Assembly (NCBI GenBank): GCA_035546035.1
Contig: DASZXC010000008.1
Coordinates: 123,951 to 187,950, forward strand
From: Minisyncoccota bacterium
GTDB lineage: Bacteria > Patescibacteriota > Minisyncoccia > Phycocordibacterales > UBA6065
Length of the DNA stretch: 64,000 nucleotides
Direction: 5' to 3'
Positions within the stretch are counted from its first letter, which is position 1; each line of letters begins with the position of its first letter. The notes under the pieces were generated by a model, which made no database searches, was not told the DNA's origin, and worked only from the letters and a program-made list of their open reading frames with translations. Position numbers and translations under genes: made by a program. Of the stretch, positions 27,199 through 37,678 are shown in pieces.

Positions 27199-29343
27199 AT
27201 GAATCGAGACTACCCATTGGATAAGGTCCGGAACTTCGGCGTCATCGCCCACATCGATGCGGGTAAGACCACGACTTCGGAGCGAATCCTTTACTACACC
27301 GGCATGATCCACAAGATCGGCGAGGTGCACGAGGGCGAGACGACCACTGACTGGATGGAACAGGAGAGGGAGCGCGGCATCACTATTACGGCTGCCGCTA
27401 TCACCTGTTTCTGGAATCCGACGTACATGCCGAAGGGCGACAACAGCATGAAGCACCGCTTCAACGTCATCGACACTCCGGGACACATCGACTTCACCGT
27501 AGAGGTCAAGCGATCCCTCCGCGTGCTCGACGGCGCGGTCGTCGTATTCGACGGCGTGGCAGGCGTAGAGCCGCAGTCTGAGACTAACTGGCGCTATGCG
27601 GACGAGTCGAACGTCCCCCGCATCTGTTTCATCAACAAGCTCGACCGCATGGGCGCTTCGTTCGAAAAGTCGTTCGCATCGATCCTCGAACGCCTTAATA
27701 AGAACGGCGTGCGCATCCAGATCCCTGTCGGCGCGGAAGAGAACTTCAAGGGCGTCATAGACCTCGTTAAAATGAAGTTCTATACCTTCGAAGGCGAAAT
27801 GGGCATCAACGTCATCGAACAAGAAATCCCTGCGGACATGCAGGCAGAGGCAGACAAATACCGGGCTATCCTCATCGAAAAGATCGCGGAAACCGACGAC
27901 AGCCTCATGAACGCGTACCTCGAAGGAAAGCAGTTCGACATCTCGACCATCAAGGCCGGCCTCCGCAAGGCGACCCTCGCATGCAAGCTCTTCCCGGTCA
28001 TGACCGGTACGGCTCTCAAGAACAAGGGCGTCCAGCTCGTTCTCGACGCCGTCGTGGACTATCTCCCGTCGCCGCTCGACATTCCTGCGGTTAAGGGCCA
28101 TCACCCTGATACGGGCGAGGAGATCCTCCGTCACGCAGACGACAAGGAGCCTTTCGCGGCGCTCGCATTTAAGCTCCAGAACGATCCGTTCGTCGGCGCG
28201 CTCACGTTCTTCCGCGTGTACTCCGGTACCGTAGAAGCTGGTTCGTACATATATAACTCGACCACGGGCAAAAAAGAGCGCCTCTCGCGCATCGTGCGCC
28301 TTCAGGCGAACAAGCGCGAAGAAGTGACGAAAGTCTATGCAGGCGAGATCGCTGCAGCCGTAGGCTTAAAGGACGCTCTCACGTCTCATACGCTCTGCGA
28401 CGAGAACAATCCGATCGTCCTCGAAGCCATCAAGTTCATGGAACCGGTCATCTCGCTTCGCATCGAGCCTGCTACTAAGGCCGACCAGGAGAAGATGGGC
28501 ACGGCGCTCCGCAAGCTCGCGAACGAAGACCCTACGTTCCGCATCACGTCCAACGCTGAAACGGGCGAGACCCTCATCGCAGGCATGGGCGAGCTCCATC
28601 TCGAGATCATGGTAGACCGCATGAAGCGCGAATTCGGCGTCAATGCGAACGTCGGCAAGCCGCAGGTGGCATATCGCGAAACGATCCTCGGGACCGCGGA
28701 AGCAGAGCACAAGTACATCAAGCAATCGGGCGGTAAGGGTCAGTACGGCCACGTAAAGATCACTCTCAAGCCTCTCCCTGCATTGATAGAAGGCGAGAAG
28801 ATCCCGAAGAACGTCTCCCGATACGATGACTTCGAATTCATCGACTCGATCAAGGGCGGCGTCATCCCGGGCGAATTCATCCCTGCGGTAGAGAAAGGTG
28901 TTCACGAAGCTATGGATCGCGGTATCGTCGCGGGCTACAAGATGGTGAACGTATCGTGCGAATTGACCTACGGTTCGTACCACGACGTGGACTCTTCGGA
29001 AATCGCATATAAGATCGCCGCCTCGATGGCATTCCAGGAAGGCGCCAAGCGTGCGAAGCCCGTCATCCTCGAGCCGATCATGAAGCTCGAAGTCGTAGCC
29101 CCGGAGAAATTCATGGGCGACGTCACCGGCTCCATCATGGCGAAGCGCGGCATGATCGAAGGCACGAACCCGAAGGGCCAGGCCGTTTCGATCATCGCAA
29201 AGGTCCCGTTGGCCGAGATGTTCGGCTATACGACCGCTCTCCGCTCGATGACCTCGGGCCAGGGAAGCGCGCAGATGGAATTCGACCACTACGAGGTCGT
29301 TCCTCCGAACGTCGAGAAGACGATCGTCGAGGCAAGGAAATAG
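27199..29343 (+). CDS. fusA: Elongation factor G
   Basis: [18 protein letters not shown], and 714 aa with EF-G domains IV/V. Confidence 0.95.
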   Translation: MNRDYPLDKVRNFGVIAHIDAGKTTTSERILYYTGMIHKIGEVHEGETTTDWMEQERERGITITAAAITCFWNPTYMPKGDNSMKHRFNVIDTPGHIDFTVEVKRSLRVLDGAVVVFDGVAGVEPQSETNWRYADESNVPRICFINKLDRMGASFEKSFASILERLNKNGVRIQIPVGAEENFKGVIDLVKMKFYTFEGEMGINVIEQEIPADMQAEADKYRAILIEKIAETDDSLMNAYLEGKQFDISTIKAGLRKATLACKLFPVMTGTALKNKGVQLVLDAVVDYLPSPLDIPAVKGHHPDTGEEILRHADDKEPFAALAFKLQNDPFVGALTFFRVYSGTVEAGSYIYNSTTGKKERLSRIVRLQANKREEVTKVYAGEIAAAVGLKDALTSHTLCDENNPIVLEAIKFMEPVISLRIEPATKADQEKMGTALRKLANEDPTFRITSNAETGETLIAGMGELHLEIMVDRMKREFGVNANVGKPQVAYRETILGTAEAEHKYIKQSGGKGQYGHVKITLKPLPALIEGEKIPKNVSRYDDFEFIDSIKGGVIPGEFIPAVEKGVHEAMDRGIVAGYKMVNVSCELTYGSYHDVDSSEIAYKIAASMAFQEGAKRAKPVILEPIMKLEVVAPEKFMGDVTGSIMAKRGMIEGTNPKGQAVSIIAKVPLAEMFGYTTALRSMTSGQGSAQMEFDHYEVVPPNVEKTIVEARK

Positions 29344-29363
29344 CCTTATTCGAATCTTGCAAG

Positions 29364-29392
29364 AAAAAGCCGCCTCGCGAGGCGGCTTTTTC
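29364..29392 (+). terminator. Intrinsic terminator after fusA
   Basis: aaaaagccgcctcgcgaggcggctttttc. Confidence 0.75.
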
Positions 29393-29444
29393 TTGACCTG
29401 TGGCGAAAGCAGGGTAGTATCGAGACGAAACTTGTACATCAATT

Positions 29445-30059
29445 ATGATTAAAATCGTTGAAAGAACAAAAAGGAATCCTCCGGAAACTGGGCTCCTTAT
29501 CCGCCGCGACGGCATATGGCGTCGCGTCATTCAATTGGACGACCGGCTCGTCGAGGAGCCTTACGAAGGAGTGATCTTTCCGGCGACCGAAAAAGAGATC
29601 GACGAGCTCCTCGCGCGAGGCGTTTCCCCGTATTGGCAGGCCTTCGGAGAGGTCTTCTATGGCGTTCCCCTTGATGACATCAGCGAGACTGCCGATGTCA
29701 GGAAGATCTTCTGGAATAGCAGTCTGGGCAGTCCGGCGTGGCAGAAAGGCTCCGTTCCGAGCCTTCCTCTTCTCGCCGCCGACGTCATCGTCTGCCGGTT
29801 CTTCGAGCATCCGTTCCCGCCGGGGACGCAGGTCCCGGTCAGCGAATTGCTTGCAGGCTTTACGCCGAGCGAAAAAGACCTCGATATCGCTGACGATCCT
29901 CATAAGACGAGCGATCTCCAGGTCTGGCTCACGGCCTGGGCCGCATACCGGAAAGTCACATTCAGCGAATCGCTTCCGATGCGCTCGCTCCTGCTCGACA
30001 AGCTCAAATGCGCGCTCATCGAGCTTGAAGCTCTGGCTAGGGCAGGGAGTTCGGACTAA
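29445..30059 (+). CDS. Hypothetical protein inserted between fusA and tuf
   Basis: 204-aa ORF, no recognisable motif. Own terminator upstream. Confidence 0.45.
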   Translation: MIKIVERTKRNPPETGLLIRRDGIWRRVIQLDDRLVEEPYEGVIFPATEKEIDELLARGVSPYWQAFGEVFYGVPLDDISETADVRKIFWNSSLGSPAWQKGSVPSLPLLAADVIVCRFFEHPFPPGTQVPVSELLAGFTPSEKDLDIADDPHKTSDLQVWLTAWAAYRKVTFSESLPMRSLLLDKLKCALIELEALARAGSSD

Positions 30060-30275
30060 TCGGGCTCCGAAACGCTTTCGATCGATGTCCGAGGCCGCTC
30101 CCTGATAGGGAAGCGGCCTTTTCTTAACATAAATTGACTTCAGCGTCCGTTCTGATACTATGCTCTCATACGCATTTTTGCGTCTTTTATTATCCTTAGA
30201 ACATTCATTTCGTAGACGCTCTGGATCTGGCATCTCTCGCGCACAGATCTAGGCCGCCTACAAAAGAAAAATCTT

Positions 30276-31469
30276 ATGGCAGAATTCACACGAAGCAAGC
30301 CGCACGTTAACGTGGGTACCATCGGCCACGTTGACCACGGCAAGACTACGCTTACGACTGCGATCCTCGCGACGCAGGCTCGAGACGGTCTTGCAGTAGG
30401 CAAGGCATACGCAGATATCGCCAAGGGCGGTACCGTGCGCGATGCATCGAAGGTCGTTACCATCTCGCTCGCTCACGTCGAGTACGAGTCGAACGCGCGC
30501 CACTACGCTCACATCGACGCTCCTGGCCACGCCGACTATATCAAGAACATGATCACGGGTGCCGCTCAAATGGACGGCGCTATCCTCGTAGTGTCGGCGA
30601 TCGACGGCCCTATGCCGCAGACTCGAGAGCACATCCTCCTCGCAAAGCAGGTCGGCGTGCCAAGGATCGTGGTATTCCTCAACAAATGCGATGCCGTTGA
30701 AGACAAGGATCTCATCGACCTTGTCGAAGGCGAAGTCAGGGATCTCCTTACGAAATACGGCTATGACGGCGCTAACACTCCTGTTATCCGCGGATCGGCT
30801 CTCAAGGCTCTTGAAGCGAAGGACAATACGGACGAGTGGGCAATGAAGATCAAGGATCTCATGAATACGCTCGACACCTATATCCCTATGCCGGAGCGCG
30901 CTACGGACAAGCCATTCCTCATGCCTATCGAGGACATCTTCTCGATCGAAGGCCGCGGAACTGTGGTCACGGGCCGTATCGAGCGCGGTCAGGTAAAAGT
31001 CGGCGACACCGTCGAGATCGTCGGTATCAAGGACACCACGAACACGACGATCACTGGTATCGAAATGTTCAACAAGCAGCTCCAGTCGGGCATGGCGGGC
31101 GACAACGCCGGCGTTCTCCTCCGCGGCACCGCGAAGGACGCCGTCCATCGCGGTCAGGTCCTCGCAAAGCCGGGCTCGGTCACCCCTCACACCGAATTCG
31201 AGGCAGAGGTCCTCATCCTCAAGAAGGAAGAAGGTGGCCGCCACACTCCATTCTTCAACGGTTACAAGCCGCAGTTCTACGTTCGAACCACGGACGTTAC
31301 CGGCGAAGTCACCCTCAAGCCTGGCGTTGAAATGGTCATGCCTGGCGACACCGTCACGTTTTCGGTCAAGCTCCACGCTCCTATCGCCCTTGAGGCGCAG
31401 CAGCGCTTCGCTATCCGCGAAGGCGGCAAGACCGTAGGCGCAGGCGTCGTCACCAAGATCAACAAGTAA
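30276..31469 (+). CDS. tuf: Elongation factor Tu
   Basis: [22 protein letters not shown]. 397 aa. Confidence 0.97.
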   Translation: MAEFTRSKPHVNVGTIGHVDHGKTTLTTAILATQARDGLAVGKAYADIAKGGTVRDASKVVTISLAHVEYESNARHYAHIDAPGHADYIKNMITGAAQMDGAILVVSAIDGPMPQTREHILLAKQVGVPRIVVFLNKCDAVEDKDLIDLVEGEVRDLLTKYGYDGANTPVIRGSALKALEAKDNTDEWAMKIKDLMNTLDTYIPMPERATDKPFLMPIEDIFSIEGRGTVVTGRIERGQVKVGDTVEIVGIKDTTNTTITGIEMFNKQLQSGMAGDNAGVLLRGTAKDAVHRGQVLAKPGSVTPHTEFEAEVLILKKEEGGRHTPFFNGYKPQFYVRTTDVTGEVTLKPGVEMVMPGDTVTFSVKLHAPIALEAQQRFAIREGGKTVGAGVVTKINK

Positions 31470-31471
31470 TT

Positions 31472-31843
31472 ATGGCTACGGCTCCTAAAAAAGCAGCTCC
31501 GAAGAAGGCTCCGGCAAAAGCGAAAGCGGCAGACACCTCTCCTCGCTTGAGGATCCGCGTGCGAGCGTACGAGAACAAGATCCTCGACGCTTCGGTCAAG
31601 CAGATCATCGACACCGCTCTCCGTTACGACGTAACGGTTCTCGGCCCGGTCCCTCTTCCTACGGAGATCAAGAAATATACGGTGAACCGCTCGTCGTTCG
31701 TATACAAGAATGCGCGAGAACAGTTCGAGATGCGAGTCCACAAGCGCCTCATCGATATCTTGAATCCGAACGCGAAGATCATCGAAGCCCTTACGAATAT
31801 GTCGCTCCCATCGGGCGTGAACATCGACGTCAAGATGATCTAA
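31472..31843 (+). CDS. rpsJ: 30S ribosomal protein S10 (with about 22-aa Lys/Ala-rich N-terminal extension)
   Basis: ..RLRIRVRAYENKILDASVKQIIDTA.. core of uS10. Preceded by MATAPKKAAPKKAPAKAKAA. Confidence 0.92.
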   Translation: MATAPKKAAPKKAPAKAKAADTSPRLRIRVRAYENKILDASVKQIIDTALRYDVTVLGPVPLPTEIKKYTVNRSSFVYKNAREQFEMRVHKRLIDILNPNAKIIEALTNMSLPSGVNIDVKMI

Positions 31844-31844
31844 A

Positions 31845-31910
31845 GCAGAAACCTGCAATATAAAACCACCCCGCCGAGGCCTGGGGTGGTTTTATATTGC
31901 AGGTTTCTGC
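31845..31910. terminator. 66-nt perfect hairpin (28-bp stem) between convergent rpsJ and the pilin gene; bidirectional terminator candidate
   Basis: gcagaaacctgcaatataaaaccacccc-gccgaggcct-ggggtggttttatattgcaggtttctgc. Stem abuts the rpsJ stop (31841-43) and overlaps the pilin stop (31910-12). Confidence 0.7.
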
Positions 31911-32356
31911 TAAGGACAGACCGACGACGTGGCAGGACCCGACGAACCCTTCGATGCGCCCATAGAGTCTACGCACCAATAAGTCGAGGTCGAGACGAGC
32001 TGCGCCGATACCGCCCATGCCGTCTGGGTTCCGGCAGGGGATGCGTAGCATGCCACTGCAGGGGACGTAGATGCCAATGCCGCTATCTGGTCGCTCATCT
32101 TCGGGTCGGCGACGAATATCGAGCCAGAGGTCGAGCATGACGAGACCGTGCCTGCCGCCGATCCGTAATTGCCCGCGCCGTCGAAATAGAGCTCCGCTTG
32201 AGGGCGAAGGGAGACGAGCTGCGCCTTTACGGCCGCGTCGCTGCCCTTGTTTCGCGCCGAATTCAACGATGCGAGCACTACCGACGACAATATGCCGATG
32301 ATAGCGATCACAACGAGGAGTTCGATGAGGGTAAAGCCTTTCTTCAAATTCTTCAT
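31910..32356 (-). CDS. pilA: Type IV major pilin (PilA-like prepilin)
   Basis: Start at internal Met (complement 32354-32356): MKNLKKG/FTLIELLVVIAIIGILSSVVLASL is a class III signal with Glu+5. 148 aa Ser/Ala-rich with C-terminal Cys pair (..WCVD...SVCP). Confidence 0.8.
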   Translation of the reverse strand: MKNLKKGFTLIELLVVIAIIGILSSVVLASLNSARNKGSDAAVKAQLVSLRPQAELYFDGAGNYGSAAGTVSSCSTSGSIFVADPKMSDQIAALASTSPAVACYASPAGTQTAWAVSAQLVSTSTYWCVDSMGASKGSSGPATSSVCP

Positions 32357-32560
32357 ATCGATCAAAAAACTAATAATGCTGTGTTTTTCAGCTCGAGGAT
32401 AAGTATAGCAGGCGTTTTCGGCCCTCATTTGCTTTATTTTCCCCAGTGGGGTAGTATGACCCCCACAAGAGAAGCACGGCTTCTTTTTTGATTTCAGTTT
32501 TATTTATTTGGGATATTAAGAGAGCCTACGGAGCCCCCAGCTCCGCGCTCGCGCAAACCA

Positions 32561-33193
32561 ATGAAGAAATTCATCCTTGGCACTAAAAAGGCCATGACGC
32601 AGGTCTTCGACGCAGAGGGCCGCGCCTTCCCGGCGACGGTCCTTTCGGCAGGCCCTGTTACGGTCACGCAGGTAAAGACGGTAGACAACGACGGATATTC
32701 GGCTTTCCAGGTCGGCTTCGGCGACCAGAAGGAGTCTCGCCTCGGTAAGGCTCTTGTCGGACATATGAAGGACAAAGGCGCCGGCAATTTCCGACACCTC
32801 GGCGAATTCTGCGTTTCCGCGGAAGAGGCCGCTAAATTCAAGGTCGGCGACAAGATCGACCTTTCCATGTTCGCCGTAGGCGATACGGTTTCGGTTCGCT
32901 CGGAATCGAAGGGCAAGGGCTTCCAGGGTGCCGTCAAGCGCCACCACTTCAAGGGCGGTTCGCGAACCCACGGCCAGAAGCACTCGGAGCGCGAAGTCGG
33001 TTCGATCAACGGCAAAGGCCGCCACAGCTCGGGCCGCGTCAACAAGGGCAAGCGCATGCCGGGACGCATGGGCGGCGACATGGTCACCGTCAAGAATCTC
33101 AAGGTCCTCCAGGTCCGCCCGGAGACCAATGAACTCGTTATCCACGGCTCTCTTCCCGGTCGAAAGGGAGTTCTCGTATCTATCGTCGCGTAA
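32561..33193 (+). CDS. rplC: 50S ribosomal protein L3
   Basis: uL3 conserved sequence (..KGKGFQG..KRHHF.GG..THG). Confidence 0.95.
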   Translation: MKKFILGTKKAMTQVFDAEGRAFPATVLSAGPVTVTQVKTVDNDGYSAFQVGFGDQKESRLGKALVGHMKDKGAGNFRHLGEFCVSAEEAAKFKVGDKIDLSMFAVGDTVSVRSESKGKGFQGAVKRHHFKGGSRTHGQKHSEREVGSINGKGRHSSGRVNKGKRMPGRMGGDMVTVKNLKVLQVRPETNELVIHGSLPGRKGVLVSIVA

Positions 33194-33210
33194 TCTTCAC
33201 ATACACGAAT

Positions 33211-33951
33211 ATGAAAAACGAAACTAAAGCAGTAAAGAAGGCGGCAGCGCCAAAGGCGAAGGCTCCAAAGGCAGCAAAAGCTTCTGTCGGCCTCGAGGCG
33301 ACGATCTATAACACCAAGGGCGCATCGGCAGGCACGGTCAAGCTCCCTGAAAAGGTCTTCGGCCTTCCATGGAATGCTGACCTTGTCCACCAGGTCATGC
33401 ACTCGATGATGTCGACCGCTCGACAGCCTATTGCTCATACCAAGACCCGCGGGGAAGTGCGCGGCGGCGGCAAGAAGCCATGGCGCCAGAAGGGCACCGG
33501 TCGCGCTCGACACGGCTCTACCCGATCGCCTCTTTGGGTAGGCGGCGGCGTCGCTCACGGCCCTCGCAACGACAAGAACTATGATCGCAAGGTCAATAAG
33601 GGCGCGAAGGCGAAGGCTTTCCTCACGCTCCTTTCCAAGAAGTACCGCGACGGCGAGGTCATCTTCGTCGAATCGCTCTCGTTCTCGGCTCCGAAGACCG
33701 CTGAGGCTATCTCGGCTCTTGCCGGCCTCGCCAAGAATAAGGATTTCAGCAAGCTCGTCACGAAGCCTAAGAACGCGGCATTCATCGCTCTTTCGAAGAA
33801 AGACGTCAACGTCGAGAAGTCCTTCAGGAACGTCCGCGCAGTCTCCGTAGACGAAGTGCGAAACGTCAACCTCCTCGATGTCCTCACCAACAAATTCCTC
33901 GTCATCGAGAATCCTACGGAGTCGCTCAAGGTTATCGAAAATAAGATCTAA
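33211..33951 (+). CDS. rplD: 50S ribosomal protein L4
   Basis: ..[18 protein letters not shown].. uL4 motif. Lys/Ala-rich N-terminal extension. Confidence 0.93.
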   Translation: MKNETKAVKKAAAPKAKAPKAAKASVGLEATIYNTKGASAGTVKLPEKVFGLPWNADLVHQVMHSMMSTARQPIAHTKTRGEVRGGGKKPWRQKGTGRARHGSTRSPLWVGGGVAHGPRNDKNYDRKVNKGAKAKAFLTLLSKKYRDGEVIFVESLSFSAPKTAEAISALAGLAKNKDFSKLVTKPKNAAFIALSKKDVNVEKSFRNVRAVSVDEVRNVNLLDVLTNKFLVIENPTESLKVIENKI

Positions 33952-33955
33952 TACC

Positions 33956-34408
33956 ATGTCGCTTTTCAACACACAAAGGAAGAAGGCCGGCAATGCGACC
34001 GCAGGCGAGGACAAGGCAAAGAAGACCAAGGCCGTCGCCGTAGTTAAGCCTGCCAAGGAGGATAAAAAGGAAGCAAAAGCAAAGAAGGAGTCCAAGGACG
34101 AAAAGCGCGCTGCAGCGGCTGCGGGCGTCGTCTTCGACAAGAAGTCGGTCATCATCAAACCCCGCGTCACGGAAAAGGCAGGCATCCTCTCGCAGTCGGG
34201 CGTATACACGTTCGATGTGAAGGTAGGCGCGAACGTCCGCCAGATCGCTGACGCTATCGAAGCCGCATACAAGGTCACGCCGGTAAAGGTCTCGACCGCT
34301 GCGGTAAAGGGCAAGGCCATGTTCGCTCGCGGCCGAAAGGGTTCGACTTCGGCAGGCAAGAAGGCCTACGTCTATCTCGAGAAGGGACAGACCATCGAAT
34401 TCATATAA
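33956..34408 (+). CDS. rplW: 50S ribosomal protein L23 (with long Lys/Ala-rich N-terminal extension)
   Basis: Start at ATG 33956 (MSLFN...), in frame within track ORF 33878..34408 and right after the rplD stop. C-terminal uL23 core ..IKPRVTEKA....YTFDV...ANVRQIADAIEAAYKV. Confidence 0.9.
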   Translation: MSLFNTQRKKAGNATAGEDKAKKTKAVAVVKPAKEDKKEAKAKKESKDEKRAAAAAGVVFDKKSVIIKPRVTEKAGILSQSGVYTFDVKVGANVRQIADAIEAAYKVTPVKVSTAAVKGKAMFARGRKGSTSAGKKAYVYLEKGQTIEFI

Positions 34409-34428
34409 TCTAAGTAATTATCAATCCA

Positions 34429-35283
34429 ATGAAATCATATCGACCAACATCTCCAGGCAGGCGCCAGATGCAGACGATCAACTTCAAGGAGTACATCACC
34501 CAGAAGGATCCTGTTAAGGCTCTCACCTATGGCCGAAAGCGCGACGTAGGACGAAACGCGGCAGGACGCGTTACCGTGCGCCACAAGGGCGGCGGCCATA
34601 AGCGCCTCTATCGCGACATCTCTTTCATGTATGACAAGAAAGACATTCCTGCGACCATCAAGTCCATTGAATACGATCCGAACCGATCGGGCTTCATCGG
34701 CCTCGCGGCATATCGCGACGGCGAGCGACGCTACGTCCTCCTTCCGAAGGGCGTAAAGCCAGGCACGACCATCGTGACCGGCGTCACCGCTCCTCTCCAG
34801 CCAGGCAACGCTCTTCCTTTGAAGAAGATCCCTGTAGGCACCTTCATCTACAACATCGAGCTTAAGCCGAACTCCGGCGCAAAGGCGGCTCGTGCAGCAG
34901 GCATATTCGCCCAGGTCATCGGTAACGACGCAGGCTATACCATGATCAAGATGCCTTCGACCGAAGTCCGAAAGGTCCACGAAGAGGCATTCGCTACCGT
35001 CGGCCAGGTATCGAACGACGAGCACTGGCTCGTGAACTCGGGTAAGGCAGGCCGCTCGCGATGGCTGGGTATCCGCCCGACGGTCCGTGGTACCGCGCAG
35101 AACCCGGTAGACCATCCATACGGCGGCGGTGAAGGCCGACAGGGCCGCGGTCTCCGAAGGCTCAAGACCCGATGGGGCAAGCCGGCCGGCAAGGGCCAGA
35201 AGACCCGTACGCCGAAGAAGTACTCGAACGTCTTCATCGTTTCGAGGCGCAAGGTTGGAAAGGATAGGAACAATATTCAGTAA
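34429..35283 (+). CDS. rplB: 50S ribosomal protein L2
   Basis: uL2 conserved sequence (..RHKGGGHKR.YR..., ..GGGEGR..). Confidence 0.95.
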   Translation: MKSYRPTSPGRRQMQTINFKEYITQKDPVKALTYGRKRDVGRNAAGRVTVRHKGGGHKRLYRDISFMYDKKDIPATIKSIEYDPNRSGFIGLAAYRDGERRYVLLPKGVKPGTTIVTGVTAPLQPGNALPLKKIPVGTFIYNIELKPNSGAKAARAAGIFAQVIGNDAGYTMIKMPSTEVRKVHEEAFATVGQVSNDEHWLVNSGKAGRSRWLGIRPTVRGTAQNPVDHPYGGGEGRQGRGLRRLKTRWGKPAGKGQKTRTPKKYSNVFIVSRRKVGKDRNNIQ

Positions 35284-35287
35284 TGAA

Positions 35288-35320
35288 ACAAAAAAACGGC
35301 CGGATGGCCGTTTTTTTGTT
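35288..35320 (+). terminator. Strong intrinsic terminator immediately after rplB, at the start of the AT-rich insertion
   Basis: aaaaaaacggccggatggccgtttttttg. Confidence 0.8.
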
Positions 35321-36231
35321 TCTATGCTTGAATGGATTAAACTTCTTTAACTTATGACTGCTACTCCGTTTGAAATAAAACTTATCGGCAAGATGGCTCT
35401 CGCGAATGAAAAGATTAAGAAGATTCCTCGAAAACTCCATGCGGCCACGTGTCCCATCGAAGGACCGTCGGGAGGAGAGAAATGTAATTGTGGGGCTCAA
35501 GATTTCAATTCGAACCTTGATGGGATCGTCAACGATCTTAAGGTCGATTAATCTCTTTGCAAATCTGGCCACTCCATTGGTCGGGTTTTTTTGAGGAAAT
35601 CGTTGTTTAATAGCGAAAAGTCTTTTACCTATGTCATCCATAAGCCCAGACGTCAGCGATGCTCCGCCCATGGACGATTCTATGCGGCAGTTCATCGCGA
35701 AGATTCCAAAAATCCTTCGAAATGCATCGAATTGGTAAACAAGATCAGCAAAGAGCATGGAGGAGCAGAGGGATTAAGTCCCTCTATTCACAAGAGAGCT
35801 AAGGAGCTCTCTTTTTGTTTGCTTTCTTAGGCTTTAGCCTGGATGATAGAATGTTCCTTATAGATCAATGTTAATTAAACATGATTAAAGTAGAATTTGA
35901 TAAGGGGAGGGGATTTAATCCGCACGTTTCCGATTTCTTAGATGCTCATAAGGAAATGACGTTACTTGGACTTGCATGGGCTTTGTTTTGGAGATTTTCA
36001 GTCGCATATGGCGCTATAGGCATTATTTTTGCAACTTTGTCTAACATTTTAGGCTGGTAATGCAAAATATTTGACTTATTTCCGTCCTCTGATAGGATAT
36101 CCACCACTAGCTTCGGAATGGGCACTAGACGGTAGAAACTAGGTAAAAGCCTAGTTTTTATCTTCCACCAGTTGTTTCTAGCAACTATAGCCCAGACGCC
36201 CGAGCTGTAATCCATTGTTTCAACACAGCAA

Positions 36232-36576
36232 ATGACGCGATCCCTTTCAAAAGGACTGAACGTAGATCCAAGGCTTCTCAAGAAGATCGAGGGCAAGAAA
36301 CCCCAGGAAACCGGCGTTATTAAGACGTGGCTTCGCGCATGCCACATTTCGCCTGAAATGGTGGGTTTCAAGTTCGGCGTCCATAACGGCAAAGACTTCG
36401 TCGAGGTCCTCGTGTCGGAAGACATGGTAGGTCACCGCCTCGGCGAATTTTCTTTGACCCGCAAGTTCACCAAGCACGGCGGCAAGATGCAGAAGGAGCT
36501 TGAAATGAAGAAGAAGGAGTCTGAAATGGCGGCTGCATCGGCAGCTAAGGCCGCTACGACCGAGAAAAAGGCCTAA
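36232..36576 (+). CDS. rpsS: 30S ribosomal protein S19
   Basis: [20 protein letters not shown]....IKTW.R...[36 protein letters not shown]. conserved uS19. Lys/Ala-rich C-terminal tail. Confidence 0.92.
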   Translation: MTRSLSKGLNVDPRLLKKIEGKKPQETGVIKTWLRACHISPEMVGFKFGVHNGKDFVEVLVSEDMVGHRLGEFSLTRKFTKHGGKMQKELEMKKKESEMAAASAAKAATTEKKA

Positions 36577-36591
36577 TATCTATATATTCCC

Positions 36592-36969
36592 ATGGTCACC
36601 GCATCTCTCACTAACTATCGCCAGTCTCCTCGCAAGGTCCGCCTCGTCGCGTCTTTGATCAAGGGCAAGACCGTCGCGCAGGCTCTCGATATGCTCGGCG
36701 TGACCACAAAACGCGCTTCGGATCCATTGGCCAAGCTCATTAATTCGGCAGTCGCTAATGCCAAGAACCTCGGCGTAGCAACAGAGAACCTCTACGTAAA
36801 GGAGTGCACCGTGAACCAGGGCGTCACCATGAACCGCTATATGCCGGGCGCCCGCGGCTCTGCGTTCCCGATCAGGAAGAAGTCGAGCCACGTAAAGCTC
36901 GTCCTCGAGACCAAGGAACCGAAGGCCAAGAAAGCAGCCAAAGCAAAGGCTCCTAAGACAACCAAATAA
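36592..36969 (+). CDS. rplV: 50S ribosomal protein L22
   Basis: uL22 conserved sequence. Confidence 0.93.
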   Translation: MVTASLTNYRQSPRKVRLVASLIKGKTVAQALDMLGVTTKRASDPLAKLINSAVANAKNLGVATENLYVKECTVNQGVTMNRYMPGARGSAFPIRKKSSHVKLVLETKEPKAKKAAKAKAPKTTK

Positions 36970-36974
36970 TTACT

Positions 36975-37667
36975 ATGTCACACACCGTACATCCATACGC
37001 GCATCGCCTCGGCATCATCAGGGACTGGAAGTCCCGATGGTTCGCAGGTAAGGGCAAGTACCAGGAGAACCTCAAGTCCGACGTCCTTTTGCGCGAATTC
37101 CTCGCCAAGAAGTTCCGCGGCATGTACGTCGCCGACCTCAACATAGAGCGCAACGAGAAAGCCGTCCGCATCATCATTACGACCTCGCGACCGGGCGTAA
37201 TCATCGGCCGACAGGGCGAGGGCGCGGTAAAGCTCAAGTCCGATATCCTCTCGTTCATGCAGAAGAACGGCTCCAAGCTCGCAAAGGGTCAGGACCTCAA
37301 GATCGACATCGAAGAGATCCGATCGCCTGAATCTAATGCGGCTATCGTCGCGTACATGATCGCCGAATCCCTCGAGAAACGCCTCCCGTTCCGCCGCGTC
37401 ATGAAGCAGACCGTCGAAAAGGTCATGGCTAACCGCGATGTGAAGGGCGTCCGCATCTTCCTCGGCGGCCGCCTCGGCGGAGCTGAAATGGCGCGCGTCG
37501 AAGACATGAAGAAGGGCCAGGTTCCTCTCCAGACCTTCCGCGCCGACATCGATTTCGCTCGCGAGAAGGCTCACATGACCTATGGAGACATCGGCATCAA
37601 GGTCTGGATCTATAAGGGCGAGGTTTTCAATAAGAAGGAGGCCGCTCGTCCTAACGCCGCTAAATAA
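36975..37667 (+). CDS. rpsC: 30S ribosomal protein S3
   Basis: uS3 (KH domain ..GIIIGRQG..). Confidence 0.95.
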   Translation: MSHTVHPYAHRLGIIRDWKSRWFAGKGKYQENLKSDVLLREFLAKKFRGMYVADLNIERNEKAVRIIITTSRPGVIIGRQGEGAVKLKSDILSFMQKNGSKLAKGQDLKIDIEEIRSPESNAAIVAYMIAESLEKRLPFRRVMKQTVEKVMANRDVKGVRIFLGGRLGGAEMARVEDMKKGQVPLQTFRADIDFAREKAHMTYGDIGIKVWIYKGEVFNKKEAARPNAAK

Positions 37668-37678
37668 TACAAACTCCC

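Noticed and set aside
35946-36425. 159-aa minus-strand ORF in the AT-rich insertion, extending into rpsS
   Set aside because: Overlaps the conserved rpsS coding sequence antisense. No RBS. Likely spurious, although the 5' part lies in the unexplained insertion.
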